The notes under the pieces were generated by a model that saw only the letters and a program-made list of their open reading frames with translations, was not told the DNA's origin and made no database searches. This document shows, one piece after another, positions 63,189 to 64,000 of a stretch of 64,000 nucleotides of DNA. This DNA comes from Rhynchopus sp. YZ270_cl-10 (lineage: Eukaryota), in contig OZ037834.1 of assembly GCA_964035575.1 (NCBI GenBank), positions 372,001-436,000 of the forward strand, written 5' to 3'. Within the stretch, counting starts at the first letter, position 1, and each line of letters begins with the position of its first letter. A program made the translations under genes and the position numbers.

Positions 63189-63449
63189 ATGGGCGGCCAC
63201 AGTTCTAAGAACTCGAAGAAGTGCTCGGATGTCAACTCCAATGAGTCCGTAGAGTACAAGGGTGCAGCGCTTGCGAAAGGGTCCTCTAACAGCCCCAGGT
63301 CAAAGTACGTGAGCCCTGTCATGAGCGGTCCGGGGAAAGAGGTTGACAACCAGGCCTCAAACGACTTCCCTCCAATGATGATGTACCAATCACCGAGCGA
63401 TAAGAAGAACAGATACCGCGTTGTGATGGTAGGTGGGCAAGACAACTGA
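63189..63449 (+). CDS. Small protein (or first exon) with N-myristoylation-like start MGGHSS
   Basis: ACACAATG start context and GC-richer coding-like composition. There is a possible donor GTAGGT at 63429 and acceptor CCCCAG at 63567, so the 3' structure is uncertain. Confidence 0.55.
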   Translation: MGGHSSKNSKKCSDVNSNESVEYKGAALAKGSSNSPRSKYVSPVMSGPGKEVDNQASNDFPPMMMYQSPSDKKNRYRVVMVGGQDN

Positions 63450-64000
63450 TGCCAAGAGAAAAAAAAAATTCTGTAGTACATAGGCTTCGGCCGACATTGA
63501 GTACAGATCGTTATACCAGTAGGTATAACGTGATTGTCGATGCAACAAAAATCCCCCCCTTCCCCAGATGAGGACGATGTCGATACCTTCTAAAAGGCTT
63601 TTGATATATGGTGTGAAAGTGATGGTCGGCAGAACAATGACAGTGAAGACTGTCTGAAATGCTTGGCTAAACCAAACAGATTATTTTTCAAAAAAAAAAA
63701 GAATAATGGTTTTGGTTCTTATACAAATGTTAATTACCTAAACGAAATAATCAAAAAAAAAAAAAAAAAAAAGAAATAAAAAGTGTCTGGATGACGTTAT
63801 CCGGGTCACACTGAAACAGATTTATCAAAAAAAAAGAGAAAAAAAAACGAAAAAATAGTACCAATACCTTGGCTATCTAACAAAAAATAATGTCAGATCC
63901 CTCATATTTTATTTTGGTGACTGAGGTTCAGTGAAGATTGTAGACTCATCACCCCAAACCACCCCCTTTTCCCTCTTTTTCTTTTTTCTCTCGCCCCTTA

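Overview
Eukaryotic nuclear DNA. My lineage inference is a euglenozoan protist, probably diplonemid-like, based on GTATG...(C/A-rich)CAG introns, all genes lying on the + strand, and the form of an LSU rRNA helix. Positions 1-38035 hold the 3' part of one giant Cys-rich type-I membrane protein gene (at least about 12,330 aa visible, 5'-truncated by the window). It has a hierarchical EGF-like tandem array (933-bp unit), two C-type-lectin-like modules, 13 VWA domains separated by Cys/Trp repeats, EGF repeats, a TM helix and a short tail, encoded as one exon of more than 34 kb followed by five small introns. The AT/homopolymer-rich remainder holds co-oriented genes: radial spoke protein 3, an N-acetylneuraminate-lyase-like DapA-family enzyme, a twin-CX9C protein, VPS60/CHMP5 and two hypotheticals. 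Non-coding DNA is dense in structure. It contains about eight non-autonomous TIR elements with candidate TSDs (including a 1.19-kb near-perfect palindrome), about seven families of short, mostly co-oriented dispersed repeats, and two sense-strand 28S rRNA fragments. One of those fragments covers the R2/I-PpoI target region and sits in an intron, fused to a dispersed repeat.
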